Source: Sphagnum compactum
Taxonomy: Eukaryota
Reading direction: 5' to 3'
Assembly: GCA_965153455.1 (NCBI GenBank)
Contig: OZ234493.1
Coordinates: forward strand, 2,046,001 to 2,110,000
DNA length: 64,000 nt
Below, piece after piece: positions 36,933-53,600 of the stretch (its first letter is position 1; every line of letters starts with the position of its first letter). Under the pieces are notes generated by a model. It searched no databases, had not been told where the DNA came from, and saw nothing but the letters and a program-made list of their open reading frames with translations. The position numbers and the translations under genes were made by a program.

Positions 36933-39900
36933 TTATGCATCACTGTAGCCCCGCCAGACAGCCCGGAACTCCTCCCGGAAAGAGTTGAGGCGAGCCTTCA
37001 GATTTGGTGTGCGGAGACTTGCATGCAAGACAATTGCTGCAAAAGAAGATGAATGTTAAATTTTCACTACTGCCAACAATCCTCTCACAATGGAGTCAAG
37101 CAAAGTAAATTAGAAGGACAGTGGTCCAAATGTACTGACAAAAATAAGCACTTCCTATATGGACACATCATTTTTGTCCAACTTCTGTAAACATTGTAGA
37201 TTGCTCTACAGCTCTACACAAGACATTTGCTACACATGGACTACAATAAGAAAATGGGTTGAAAGTAATCCAGAGATTCTGCAGCAAATAGGGTGATGCA
37301 CATTTGGGAAAGTTCTGCAGGCTTCCTAGCTGAGTAAATGATATACAAGAGAATAAAATGTTCCTGAATCAAAGAAACGAATGCATGCATGAAAATAGGA
37401 ATTGGAAAGGCTGGAAAGATCATGTACACAAAATTCCAAGAGGGAGTGACACCAATATCAGATTTATGGCTGAAGCCAGAAACCATAGCAGAATACTTAC
37501 TGCACATTCCACCAGACAGAAAAATAGACATCATATCAATGTGTCAAAACAGTGCAGGAAGATTACACCATGACAGCAGCAACCAAGATTATCACTCATC
37601 CAAAATGCAGCATATTCTCCTCTCCTCACTGCGAAAAGCTGCCATCCCAATTTTTGCTCCTCTGTCTCTTGTTCTCTACTTCCCTCTGGAACATCTCCAT
37701 CTTGCTAACAGCAGCTGAATGATAGTTTCAAAGAAAATCGTAGAGGTTGTCAAATTGCATACCTGCCATCAAGCCAACAACAAAGAAGCGGCGATCTTTG
37801 CCACAAATGTAAACTGTTCCTTTAAGTGGCCGACCTCGTGCTGCAGTGCTGCAAAATGACAGCCCGGAATCTGCATGTATTCAGTTCTTCATCTTCCAAT
37901 TAATTGTGAACTAAGAGAACAGGGAGAATGCTACAGCCATATAAGACTAACCTTTCCCACGAGCAAACCTAATCCTACAAGTGGATGCCAGTTATGTAAA
38001 CAATGGCTCCTCAGGGTTAAAACACCTGGAGTGAGTATTTAGTTGTTCCCCCCAGATATCTCTGGTTTGACTGTAAAGAGACAGCTGTTATTTGTTTGAT
38101 TACACTCTTTCTTCTCAAATAGTCACAACCTCTTTTTGCAGGGGAAAGAACTACACTCGTGATGAAAGAGCAGATAAGATCTTGTTTAGACTCACCTAAC
38201 AGGTGGTCGCAACTTGGCAGCAACAGGTGGTGATATCTTCCTTATTGCTTTTGTCATTCTTTCACTGACTGCCGCAGCAAAACTGCAAACTCACAAACAC
38301 AACTTGTCTACAAACTCAGGAAGATGTCTGAAAAAGAAACAAGAGTGGATGGTAAAGCTCATGATTTTGAGGCTTTGTCAAGCTCCCAGCGCTCCAAGAA
38401 GATGCTGACGATGAAAAGATGCACAAGTTTGCTGACAAGCAAGATGTAAGATGTTCAAGATGTAACTATCAATCATGATATCCAAGAGTATTCACAGGCA
38501 TTAATCATTTTCATGTCTCCCTGGAAATGGACAGTGCTGTGTTTTCCAATAACTCCAGACAATCACATGCTCTACCAAAGTTTGAGTTCCATTAAAGCAA
38601 GTTCCAATCATCTAAGCCTGAACTTGTGCAGGTGGGCAGGGCCCTTCAGACTTTTCATTTTCCTTTCTTTCTGTGCTCTTGACAGTCAAGCACACGGTGA
38701 CATTACCTGTCATTCAGGCACCCAATGCTCAGAGCTGCAAAAATGACTGCAATGAGTCCCAAAGGTCGTCGCAGAAGTGCAATCACTGTGGACAAACCAA
38801 TTTTCTGTCAGAAAAATGCCAAGAGAAATTCCAAGAAACCAAGACTCATTTTCCAATGTATACACAACTCCAGGTAAAACAAAAGCTCTCAACTCAAAAA
38901 ATAACATTTTTACATGTCAGCCTTAACTAGTACACATGCATGCACCCCATTGACCAGTGATGAACCCGTTTGGAATCATGAAAAAGCTCATCTCCAAAGT
39001 TAGCCAGTAAGTAGTTGACTGACCAAGTGCTAGAGTCAACAAAATGAAGTAGTTGGTTCGATAGCTGCACAAACAATCAATTCACCAATATATCAGATGG
39101 AACATTCTCTGCACTGATGTAATTGAGTATAGACACTGCACACTTTATCATTGAAAAGAACAATTAGAAGCATGTTCATGACCATGATGTGAAGAAGAGT
39201 TAGAAAGAGGAGAAAGATGCTCACAACTACAATAGAAATCACTTCAAATGCTGGCTTCTGAGAATATCCTAAAGAAAGCGTTTAGAATTGTTTGTCCCTC
39301 CCAAGAATTCTTGCAACAGTTTAGATGATGAGCCCACTGGTCAATTGCTTCCTATTTACCTAGAAGCCAGTGAAAAGAAATGGCAATCTTCAAATGCTAG
39401 AGAACCTCAATGGTTAAAATGTTGTGGCAGTGTCTGCCTCGTGGACAAGGGCACAATAACGGGTGCAATATTCATTCAATCTTGATACTTCCAGCCCTTG
39501 TGCATAACACCACCAAAAATGGCACACAAGACAAGTTCTGACATCTTGTGGTCATGTCTTAATCAAGGACCAAATGAAGTTGCACCTCCTAGAAAAGAAA
39601 GCAAAGAACTTTTGAACTTCAGCAACTATCACAGGGGATGGATTTAAAATTTTACCCAAGTCCAACAAAAGAAAAGTAAAGCTAAATCTTGCAAAGAGCC
39701 CTAACCCTAAAACATTGTGTACCTCTCCCTCCTGAGTCACACACCATCTGGAAAAAAGAGCGCTCTGACACTGAATTGTATGATCCTCGATTGAGATCTG
39801 CCTGTTAATATCCCCAATCCCTTGCAGTATTTCATAATTTAAGTTTCCAATTTAGAACACCAAAGCTCCACATATGTGATCAACCCTACAAAAACTCCGG

Positions 39901-40371
39901 TTTTCTCTTGTCTTCATTTTTCCTAGAGGAGGGAAGGGTTGTCTATCTGTGGCTGAAGTCCAGAGAAAACTTTGACTCTTATGAATTGCTCGAAAGCATA
40001 TTCATGCCACCTAATTCCAAAGGTTTGGTGTTATGTAGTCAGTGAAAAGAAACAAGCTGGAATTTGCATTTCTTCAGTAAATTATACAAAACCTAAGTGT
40101 CGTGAGAAGCTGAATCCAAGAGAAGGCGAATCTGCCGACATCGATTTGTCCTAAACTGTAACATGTACACGATAAGGGGAAAACCAAAGGGGAAAGACAG
40201 AGAGAGCTCTCACTAGTAGAAGTTACACTTGAGGCGGGCATTCCATTTGGCTCGCGTCTTCGGGGTGGTGAACTTCTGAAAGAATTCAAGCAGCGGCCTC
40301 GGTGGCGTGGTCCACTCCACCTCCTTCAGCGCATCCACCAGCTCCTCCGCCGTGACATTACTCCAATCCAT
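36933..40371 (-). CDS. PRA1: PRA1 (prenylated Rab acceptor) family protein, A-type. Exons 40371-40214, 39064-39024, 38785-38707, 38282-38196, 37848-37763, 37499-37428, 37036-36933
   Basis: MDWSNVTAEELVDALKEVEW..PPRPLLEFF..RLKCNFYYYRTNY..LHASLRTPNLKARLNSFREEFRAVWRGYSDA*. All junctions in phase. Confidence 0.92.
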
Positions 40372-42511
40372 CTTCGCTTCACTCACAAACTCCCCTCCCC
40401 TCTCCTGTCCTCTCCTGAGTCCTGCCTCGCCCCCCGCCCGGCCCAACAGTAAAGCACTCGGATACTATTTACCAGATCCTGCTCACTCGATCCTCAAAGT
40501 GCTTGTAAAGAACCTCAAAAAACAGAACATGAAGAAAGATATCTTCTCTACACGACTGCTGCTGCTGCAGATCCCGCAACACAACAGTCACAGAAACATG
40601 TGTTTAAGATCGCTCTGTATCTCTTTCTCCCTCTTTCCCTCCCTCGCTGCCTCCCTGTGGCTTCCTCGCTCTCTCTTGAAGAGCTTTCTTCTTCGCGAGG
40701 ATTAGGGTTTACAAAGTCTCATCCTATTTAGGATGAATGGATACCAGTGATGGGCAAACCAGGTATGTATACCGCAATCATAGGAAACCCCAGTATTGGG
40801 CGGGTATTCGAGAATTGCCCCACACCCACCCCGCCGGTTATCAGGGCACGGTTTCTTAGGGTTCACAAAGCACGGTTCCAGTGTTTTTTTTTCCCGGCCA
40901 AATTTTGTCGTTTTTCAAACCAAAAAATTGGGAAAAAATTTTGGAAAATTTTTTTTTAGTGTAAATTCGACTAAATTTTCTATTTTTCAAAAAAAAAATT
41001 CACCATTTTATTTTTTTTAAATCACAAAACTGAGGAGAATTAAGCACATCCATTTTAGCACAATCACACTAAAACCCGCAGTTTGTCTCAAATGTCATGA
41101 CTTCCAAATTTCAAAAACATCATTCCATGATTGAAGTTTTGAACAAGAGATGGAAGAGTGCAGTCAATCATCTGATCAAGTAACCCAAAAGCCTACATGA
41201 ATGATTGATTAGTAAACCATATCTTGAAGAAGGCGGCAAGAAAGAACCTTATGATTCCATTAAGGTGGTCGGATCTTGTTGTCTATGTAGAGTTGGTCAA
41301 AATTACATACACCTAACCTTGACATTGTTCCATCAATTATTGTCAAAAGGTTGATAAATGAATAGTGCATTCCTTGTCACATTCAAAAAGGTTGTGAAGC
41401 TTATGAGTATGCAACATGCAATCTGTATTTGTACTTGAGCAAAGCTACTAAGGAATGGATCATGGATCGTTCACAAATGTTCCATTTTTCATTCATCATC
41501 AATGAATTTCACTCATTGTGATTCACTTTTCAATCCACATACACATTTAGAAAGGTTCTCAAAAGTTTGAAAATAAAATAATGAAACCTCTAAAACCTTT
41601 TATAAGAACTTCTATGAAAACATTCCTTGGCTTTAAAATTCCCCAACTAGTTATAAATAAGAGTACCCACCCACCTGACCCAGTTGGGATCTTGGTAATT
41701 GGGTTGTGTTGTATATGCAAAACTAATTCATAACTCATAACAGGCTTCCAAGGGCTGGCGCATTGGTGCATTGGTTACATGATCCTAGAAGCTCAACTTG
41801 AGTAAGATGAATAAGGAGGAATAGAAGCAAGGATATTATGAAAGAGGATGAAGTATGACCACAACCATGCGCCAACCAACCCTCTCCTGTACTTCACATA
41901 GTCCTTGGCAAGATGAAGATGCACAAGATGAGAACAAATGAACAAACCGCCGAAAGTTCTTAATAGTCTCAATCAGGCTTTACAAATCATAAAAGTTGAA
42001 ATCTTAAACAATACGCAGCATCGAAGATAAGATAGTCAGTCTCAGGAACTCTGTAGTATCATGCTCTCTTACTGCCTGACAAGCACATTCTTTGCCACGT
42101 TCCTTGCTCACATGGGGTGGCATAGCTACCAGAGACATAAGTATTCCACTAGTTGTGGACCTGGACTCTACTGCAGCAATGAACCATAAAGCATGAACTG
42201 AATTGAATTCCAACACTATCCAGTTTGGATTCTTGCAGAAGACCTGTTGTGCTAAGGTACATCTATATTGCATGCTCAAGATCTCACTATTGTGCTATTC
42301 CTAGACAGCCAAGAAGGTTTGCTCCTTGTTAAGGGGTGCCAATACATGCCAAGAATGCAAGACAACTTCTGTTATGTAAGATAATGACAAAACTGCTGCA
42401 AACATATTTCTATGACACAAGATGTTCATGTGATACCTAGACAATCCTGACACAACAGGGTGAAACAACAATAATGCCTTGGTGTTCAATAGCTGTAGAG
42501 TCTGAGGGATA

Positions 42512-45781
<3,270 letters not shown>

Positions 45782-46074
45782 TCAACACATCACCCAACAC
45801 CTCCTCTTCCTCCTCCCTCTCGCCCCCTCTCTCCCTCTCTGCCTCCCTCTCTCTCGGCTTCCTTTTCTTTGACCCGCACACGAGCAGACACAGAACAAAG
45901 CCTCGTCCGCAAGCCAAGATCTGAGGATTACACCGGATCTGAAGGACCAATCACCGCTGCTACGAGACCAGTCACAGCAACACAAATCAGAGGGGCTGCA
46001 ATGGATGTTAGTTTTGCAGGACCAGATAATGCTGTTGCCTAGATCTCTATGGCACTATGGACAACGGCACGATC

Positions 46075-46111
<37 letters not shown>

Positions 46112-47921
46112 GAAGAAGAAGGTGGTTGTTGCAAAGCAGGTAGCAATCACAGCAACAATGACGAGAAGAGAACGGTGCCATGCAAAGAAAGAGAACAGGC
46201 GAGAGCAATTAGGGTTCCAGGAAAAAGAGAGTACCAAAACCTTGTCGAGTCCCAAGAAAATTCAGTCCCGAGTTTTCTTTTTACCCCCCTCAATTTCGTC
46301 ATGTAGACAGACACACTGGGCGATCCATCCACACGAGAATTTAGCCACATTTGGCTACAGGTCACAGAGGAAAGCAGAAATTTTCAAATAATCTGGTTAT
46401 ATTTTGGCGACCTATTTTCTTAAATATCCAAAAATTATATTTTCATCCAAAGTGTTGTGTACAAGCCATATCTATATTGTTGGTGGAAATGCCATAATAT
46501 ATTATAATATTATATTATATAATAATATAACTTGAGCTCCATGCTATTCCACACTAGCTTTAAGGATGAAATGATTTTAAATTTTTTTCAAAGGTTTATT
46601 TTATGAAAATTAAGTTGAATTTGGATGAAAGCATTGAATAAATTTGCATAATCGTGCGAGTTGAATTGAATGCAATTTAATCGAATTTGAACTCATTTCA
46701 AAAAAGTCTAATTGAATTCAAAAAAATTAAATTGAATTGAACTAAAAACCTTGATATTCTTCTCTTCTCAATTCAATAGAGTGAGTGTTTTCATTGAAAT
46801 TTAAATTGAATTAAATTTGGTTGAATTGAATTGAACATCAAGCACCCTTGTTGTCAAACTATGCTAGGTATTACAATATTATAATTAAAATAAAAAGAAT
46901 CAAAATAAAAAGAGACATCATAAGATCCATAAGTCCCATGAATTTAAAAAAGTTACATTATAATATTATGCAAATTTTTTTTCAAAGAATATTTTTTTAA
47001 ATGTCACGTCCAAATGATTTTCTCAAAAATAAGAGTCCTTACGATTTTGAAAAACACATAATACAATGTTTAATAATGTTTTTGAGTAATTTATTACTAT
47101 TAAATTTGTTCCAAATCATATACATGTTTCCAAAATATATTAGCAATCATGTATTTGTGTTTTTTTTAAAAAAAACATTTTTCACAGCAAAATTCATTTT
47201 TGACCCAAAAATTGTGAAACACAAACTACACTTAAAATGGTTTCTATTAACTTATTCACACCCAAGCATTCTTGTAAACCGAAGAACAAGTGATGAAAGG
47301 TTTTGCACTTGAATGCAAAAAATTTAGGCAACTTTTTAAGGTTTGATGATTCCTTTAGGTATTTTTCCGTAGTACCTGGTTCTCTCTTGAGGTCATTTGG
47401 CAATCACCCACTTCTTGAGTTTTGTTTTGAAGGCATACCTGCTCTTGTAGTGGTATGTAGTGGGATGCACTTGCTGTATTACAAGTCCCCCTTCCCAATG
47501 AATCATTCATTGTTCAAAGATTGTCATTGCCATGGTAAAAGTCTGGTGTCATTTGAAAGAGTTGTTTTCTTTAGCAGGCAGGGATAGATGCTTATCATGC
47601 AAGTCTTTGCACTGATCTCTACTCTCAGAAGTTAACATAATATTTCACAATTTTTTGGTAAAACTTGGGGAGTGCTGTCAATCAATCCCTGTAGACTTCA
47701 ATTGTGTTTATGGAATAATTTGAGTTTGTATCTGTAGACACTAAACTTCAGTGTAATTTTTTTGCATGCTAGCATTGCTTGGATTTTGTCACAATGTCAC
47801 ACAACACAGTAACCTGAGTTGCTGAAGACAAATCACAACACAATAATGTGCTTATACAGTTGTACTAAGTAGCTGCATAACAGTTATGCAAAGAGGTGAT
47901 GTGGGATGTGCCATGTTGCAG

Positions 47922-48125
47922 ATGGGGGACAAAACGGAGAAGAAGAGGAGAAAAGTTGCAGAAGCTAATGGAACTGAGCCAGCTGCACCAGATGTCAATG
48001 GGTTCAAGGCAATGGAGGTGCCTGTGGTGGATGTGGTAGCCAATGGAGAAGCAATCCAAGATAAGATGAAGACGAAGAAGAAGAAGAAGTCTGAGAGTCA
48101 GGCGGCTGTGCACTCTCAGGGGTGA
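47922..48125 (+). pseudogene. Orphan terminal-exon-like fragment encoding a Lys/Glu-rich tail
   Basis: TTGCAG acceptor, then MGDKTEKKRRKVAEANG...KMKTKKKKKSES..*. No upstream exons found. Confidence 0.3.
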
Positions 48126-48543
48126 TAATACAAGTCTTGTAACTACCACCCAAGCAAAGTGTTTGCTCACTTTGGGAGAAAGAAGAACTGCTCATGCAAA
48201 GGAGTGAGTAGTACTCACAACTGAGCTCTGATCTTGATGACAGCTCCATTTCTCCCCTTGGCAGTCTATGGCAAAACCCAAGGAAAAAGTTTGGCAGGTT
48301 CACATAGAGAAATGCACCATCTCACTCACTGTTACAATTCTCCCAAACCAAACAAATCCAGGATTTTGCCTCTGACACAAGAAGGTTATGTCATAAAAAT
48401 CATTTTTAACATTGCAAACTATGCAGGAAAGATGTTGTAAGCAAGCCTTCCCCCCCCCCCCCCTAGAAGGACAAGAAAATGAAAGACGAGCAACTTCACA
48501 AACTTCTGTCCTTTTTGCACATGGAATCATCATCACTCATGTT

Positions 48544-49747
48544 TTAGCCCTCCAAAGCAGCAGCCCCAGAGATGATCTCTATGAGCTCGGTGGTGATGGA
48601 AGTTTGCCTGGTTCTATTATATGTCAGGGTAAGGCGCTCAAGCATGTCACTGGCATTTTGGGTAGAGTTTTCCATTGCTCTCATTCTTGCCCCAGCCTCA
48701 CTGCAAGCATTCTCCAGCATTGCATTGTAGAGCAGAGCTGCAAACTGAAACTCAGCGAGGTTGTCATAAATCTCTTGGGGCATGCCCGCTTCTTCCACCT
48801 CATACGACTCCAGTCCGCCAGCCTTACCATCAAGGCCTGCAGCCAACGTCTCAGCGGACAAAACTGTTGCTACCGTAGGCAAGAAAGACACCATAGAAGC
48901 AAACTTGTTGAACACCAGTTGGTAGACGTCTGCCTTGTTGTTCTTCAGTATATCATCAGCTATCATGGCAACCTGATGACAAATCCAAAACAGATCTTTT
49001 CGAGTTGCTTTGAGCAGCAAGAAATAGTCACAGTAAGTGAGTCCAAATTTCTTGGAGAAAAGCAATCAAGAAAACAAACAGCATATGCTTCTTTGTCTCA
49101 ATGGTTGTTGCTCTATGAAAATCAATTTTTTTCTAAAACAGAAGTGACAAACAAACCTGGGTGAAGCAAATGCCAATCTTCTGTGTTTCTCCTACAAAGA
49201 AACTGATGGCCTTCCTGGAGTCACGTTGCAATTGTGCCTTGCCTTTCTCTCCGATGATCACATACTTGGTCTCCTTGTCAGCTCCCATGAGAGCGTTCAT
49301 TCTCAGCAAAGCTTTACTGTATTTCACAGATGTGCTATTGATGCCCCCACAGAGGCCCTTGTCTGACGATACAGTGACTATCACCTTCTTCTTTACACTG
49401 ATTCCTGGATTATCGCCCAGCAATGCAACAAATGGCTGCCACAGTCCGCGGGAGTTTTCTGCCTTCGCCTGAATTCCTCGCAGCTTCGAAGCTGCCACCA
49501 TCTTCATGGCCTTCGTGATCTTTTGTATGCTTTTCACGCTCTTCATTCTTGTACGCACGATTTGTGACGAGGCCGCTCGTGCTCCGAAAGGTGCCAGCTC
49601 CTGGACTGCCGCCATTCTTGATCCCAGGCGAGTCCATGGCCGTGCTGTGAATGCAGCAGCAGTAGGCCAAGCACGCAAGGAAGAAATAGAAGAGCCGTGA
49701 CAGATGATGAGCTTTGCAATACGGTTTCCTACTCGACCAGACGCCAT
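48544..49747 (-). CDS. ATP3: Mitochondrial F1 ATP synthase gamma subunit. Exons 49747-49157, 48972-48544
   Basis: Arg/Ala/Ser-rich presequence, RMKSVKSIQKITKAMKMVAASKL, SSDKGLCGGIN, ENACSEAGARMRAMEN, YNRTRQTSITTELIEIISGAAALEG. Confidence 0.96.
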
Positions 49748-50369
49748 CGCCGCGCGGATGTTTTCCCCAATTTCTCGCAACCAGTGCAATGCAATGCAAA
49801 TGCAGACGCAATCAATCAAAATAGCAACGCCGAGAGAAACGATCGTACCACAAGGATTGTCAAAAGCAAGCAAGAAGAAGAAAAACAGACTACCAAGAAC
49901 GAGTCTGAATTCATCTCCAACGGTGCACAATTCTACTGCTCATTCAAGGAACATCAGCACCAAGAAAGAAAAGAACCATCATGACGACATGGAAGTTCCA
50001 AATCTTCCACAGTTTCCAAAACGGAGCCTCAAGAAGAAGTACATGAAGACAGGTACTTCCCGCATTGCAAAAGACAAGTAAAATCGGGTCACGCCCCGGC
50101 GCCGAACTCACAACCGTCTGCAAACCGACTACAAGGAACACAAAGGAATAAAGATCCGATTGCGGTAGCAAACATGATGATACACATACCATTTTGATCT
50201 TGAAGACACGATTGTCGAATTCCCGAGAGAACTAGTCATGGCATCATGTGTTGTTTGCAATTCCTGTGACGCTTCTTGTTTTTTACATGATCTTCACGCC
50301 AAGATCTGGAGAGATGCTTGGACATGCATGTGCTCCAGCATGAGTTTTGTTTTCTTCCTGGTCCCTCCT

Positions 50370-50377
50370 TGGGGGGG

Positions 50378-50405
<28 letters not shown>
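50370..50405. promoter_or_regulatory. G-run plus (GA)n in the short divergent intergenic region between ATP3 and the LRR gene
   Basis: GGGGGGGG(AG)n seen directly. A regulatory (GAGA element) role is inference. Confidence 0.35.
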
Positions 50406-50409
<4 letters not shown>

Positions 50410-50605
50410 CAGTTATTGCAAAACCTGAAACAACAACAACTGTTCCATTCTCCGTGTCTGCTGCTGGCCTTTCACCATAAGAACTAGTTTGGTGATGAAC
50501 AAGGGATCTGCACTGACGTAACTTCTCAGGAGCTTGAGTCCCACAACACCTAGTCCGTCGGTGGATTGCACTTTGTCTCTAGCAAGGTTCCCACAGCTTT
50601 CCGCA

Positions 50606-53600
50606 ATGGCCGAGTCCTCCTCTGATCAGAAGTTGTCGTCAGGATCCTCCGATGACGAAATGCCGGAAACAGAAATCCCAAGTCCTACTGCGTCTGCCAC
50701 AAAGACGGTGCAAAGCGATCCAGGTTATGGCCATGGCACGTACATGCGATTCAGGTGGAAGAGTATAACCAGAAGACGATCATCATCAAGCTCTTCTCGC
50801 ACTTCAAGGAGCAGGTCATCGGTGCTACCTCGTGTGTCTGTGTTTTCAAGAGCTCGGAAAAGCACCAGGCTGCAGGAGGATGCTCCTCCTCCTCCTCCTC
50901 CTCCTCCTCTCTCTTCCTCGTCTACTAGCGAGCTCATCAAGACAGGCAAAAGCACTGGGATGATTGTCTCAAAACGAGCATCTGTGAGAAGGCGATCGAA
51001 ACAGGCAACAACTGTGCCTCCTCTGGTCAGTAAATCTTCCAAGCAACAACAGACCGCAGCGGCGGCGGCGAGTGTGCGAGCTTTGCAGAGATCTCAACCA
51101 AGAACACAGAAAGATCCCAATGCAAAACCACGAAGACAAACTAGCGCCGTCCAGCATGGGAGAAAACAGAGTGTGATAACCAGGGATTCCCATGCTCCAC
51201 GTGCAAATGAAGAAACTGCAGAAGGATCTGCAGAAACAACCAGCAGCAGCAGCAGCAAACTAGTACTGGATGAAGAGACAAAGAAGAAGAAGAAGAAGAA
51301 GAAGCCACTTCTCCTTGTTGATGATAGTACTACTGAGGCAGCATTCTTGTTAGAAACTCGTGACATCAAAGAAACTTTACTTCATGACGCAAGCGCTCAG
51401 CTTGGAGAGGGAATAGGCGTTTGGCTTGGTTCCATCATCGATCAAGTACAACAGCAGCAGCAGACTCAGTCCACCAAAGAGGAAGAAGAAGACAATAGCA
51501 CGTCAAGATCATCACCACCACCACCCAGAAGGTCCACACCTAGAAGAGTAATTACTCTTCATCACTACCACCAGGACTTGAGCACTCAGCAGCAGCCAAA
51601 AAGACAATTGTTGAGATCCAGGACTCAAGAACCACAATTGTGAGAACCCACAAACAAAAAAGTCGCCAGCTTTGTGTAAGAAAGTTGTCCAATTTCTTCT
51701 TGCTTCTTGAAGCAGTCTTTGTCGGCCATATCCTCTTGAGTGGTTGATGGATGACGGGGGAGAGAGAGAGAGAGAGAGAGAGAGCTGTGGTGACTTTCTT
51801 TCTCAATCCTGGAATGTTGTTCCTTCATGGGAAGAAGGTCCAATTCCCAGTGCAAAATCTGACCACTTGCATCTTGTTTTGCACTAATTTCAGTGGCATA
51901 CGATTCGTCTCAGGGGAGGAGTAGTGATGATCCGGGAGTAGGAACATGTTGCAGGAACACCCAATTGGAGAAAGAGGCAGCAGTTGGTAAAACTGAAAGT
52001 TTGTTCTTCAAGTTTCACAAACCCTCTTTGAAGCCCAAAGCGATTGCCTTTGAAGTCAATCATCTTGCTGCATGGATTGCAAAGAAAAAAGCTTCTTACA
52101 GCTCTGCTCACAAGGCTGGATTGTCGAAACCGTGGACTTCCAGCAGGCTTGGGAAAAGGAAAAGGAAAAGGAGCCACACTTCTCTCAAGAAGAAGGTCAT
52201 GCCATTGCGTGCGACAGGCACTACACTCACCAGCCAGCTGCTTGTAGGACTCAAACTCTACTCCCAGATCTACGGAAAATGTTCCCAAGTTGAGTGATAT
52301 GTTGTTCGCATGAGGCTGAGAGTTTCTGCAGTACCAGGCCATGGGATCAGTAACTAAGCTCCATGAGAAAAACATGTGAATGACCTGTGGAAGTATATCT
52401 TGCTTGTTGGTTTTCCAGTACCTTGCATTGGTAGCTGTGCAGTCAATTCTAGACTTTCATATGGTACACAGTTTGCAGATTGGCCACTGTCCAAAGAGTA
52501 CAATGGATGATTGATTGCTGTGCAGCTTGATCAGGGTGGAGTTGATGAACCGGAAAACCTGCAGTATGCAAAGCTGGCTGACTTGGGTATTGATTGTGTG
52601 GACCCAGCTAACCTGGATTGCTTCACAGCTCTCCGTTATCTTGATCTTTCTGACAACTATGTGTCCATGGTACTGTTTCAAGGGGGAGGGCAGTCCAATC
52701 TCTTTCAAATTCTACAAATCATGCGATTTGACAGTGTCACATTCCTTCTTCCAGTTTTTGTAGGCCATGACAGTTCTTGTAGAGTGGAAAATCAAACCAA
52801 ACCCAGGCAGTTCTTATTCAGGTGTGAGGAAACATGCAGATTGAATGCTTTTTTGGTTTGCAGTGGCATGGACCATGAGTAGTCTATCGTTGCTTTATGT
52901 TGATGACTGCTTGCTGCTGTGTTTGCAGGAGAGCTTGGCAACACTGCCATCTCTTCAGAAGCTGAGCTTGCAATGCAATCAACTACATGAGCTGGTCATT
53001 CCAGAAAACAGTTTTGCTCTGCTTGAGGTACCATTTCACTGCAACTTGCAAAGCACCATGTACTACTTACCCAACTCCTTAAGTGGTGGTGGTAGTGTAG
53101 CAGCAATGAAGCAAACACTGACCCCTCACCTGGATGATATACTGTAGAATCTTGATGTCTCCTACAACATCTTGAATCCAATGGCAGTAATTGCACTATC
53201 GTCACTCCCTCTACTACGAAAGCTCAATGTGGACCACAACAATTTGGAGATTTTTCCAGATGAGAGTTGTGAGATGGGTGCATTTCCATCTTTGCAGAAA
53301 CTGAGTGCAGCAGGGAACTCATTATCAGAGTTGTCATTGATACCTCTAAGCAAGGTTCTTGCTTACTATAATTCTCTCTCCTCGGTTTCTTTCTTTTTGT
53401 CAACATCAATATACTCTAAACCTATCCCCTCCCACAAACACCACCTTTGTGTTCTCCATGTCTTTTGTTCTCTCTATGCCTGACATTTGCCTTTATGTTT
53501 TCCCCCCACTTTCTGCTGTTTCAATTTCATTCTTGTTTATTCATTTTTCTTTTCTTTTCTCATCATTCTTGCTTCACAAGATGGGTAGTCAAATATAAAC

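Noticed and set aside
48412-49164. 250-aa plus-strand ORF
   Set aside because: Antisense shadow of ATP3.
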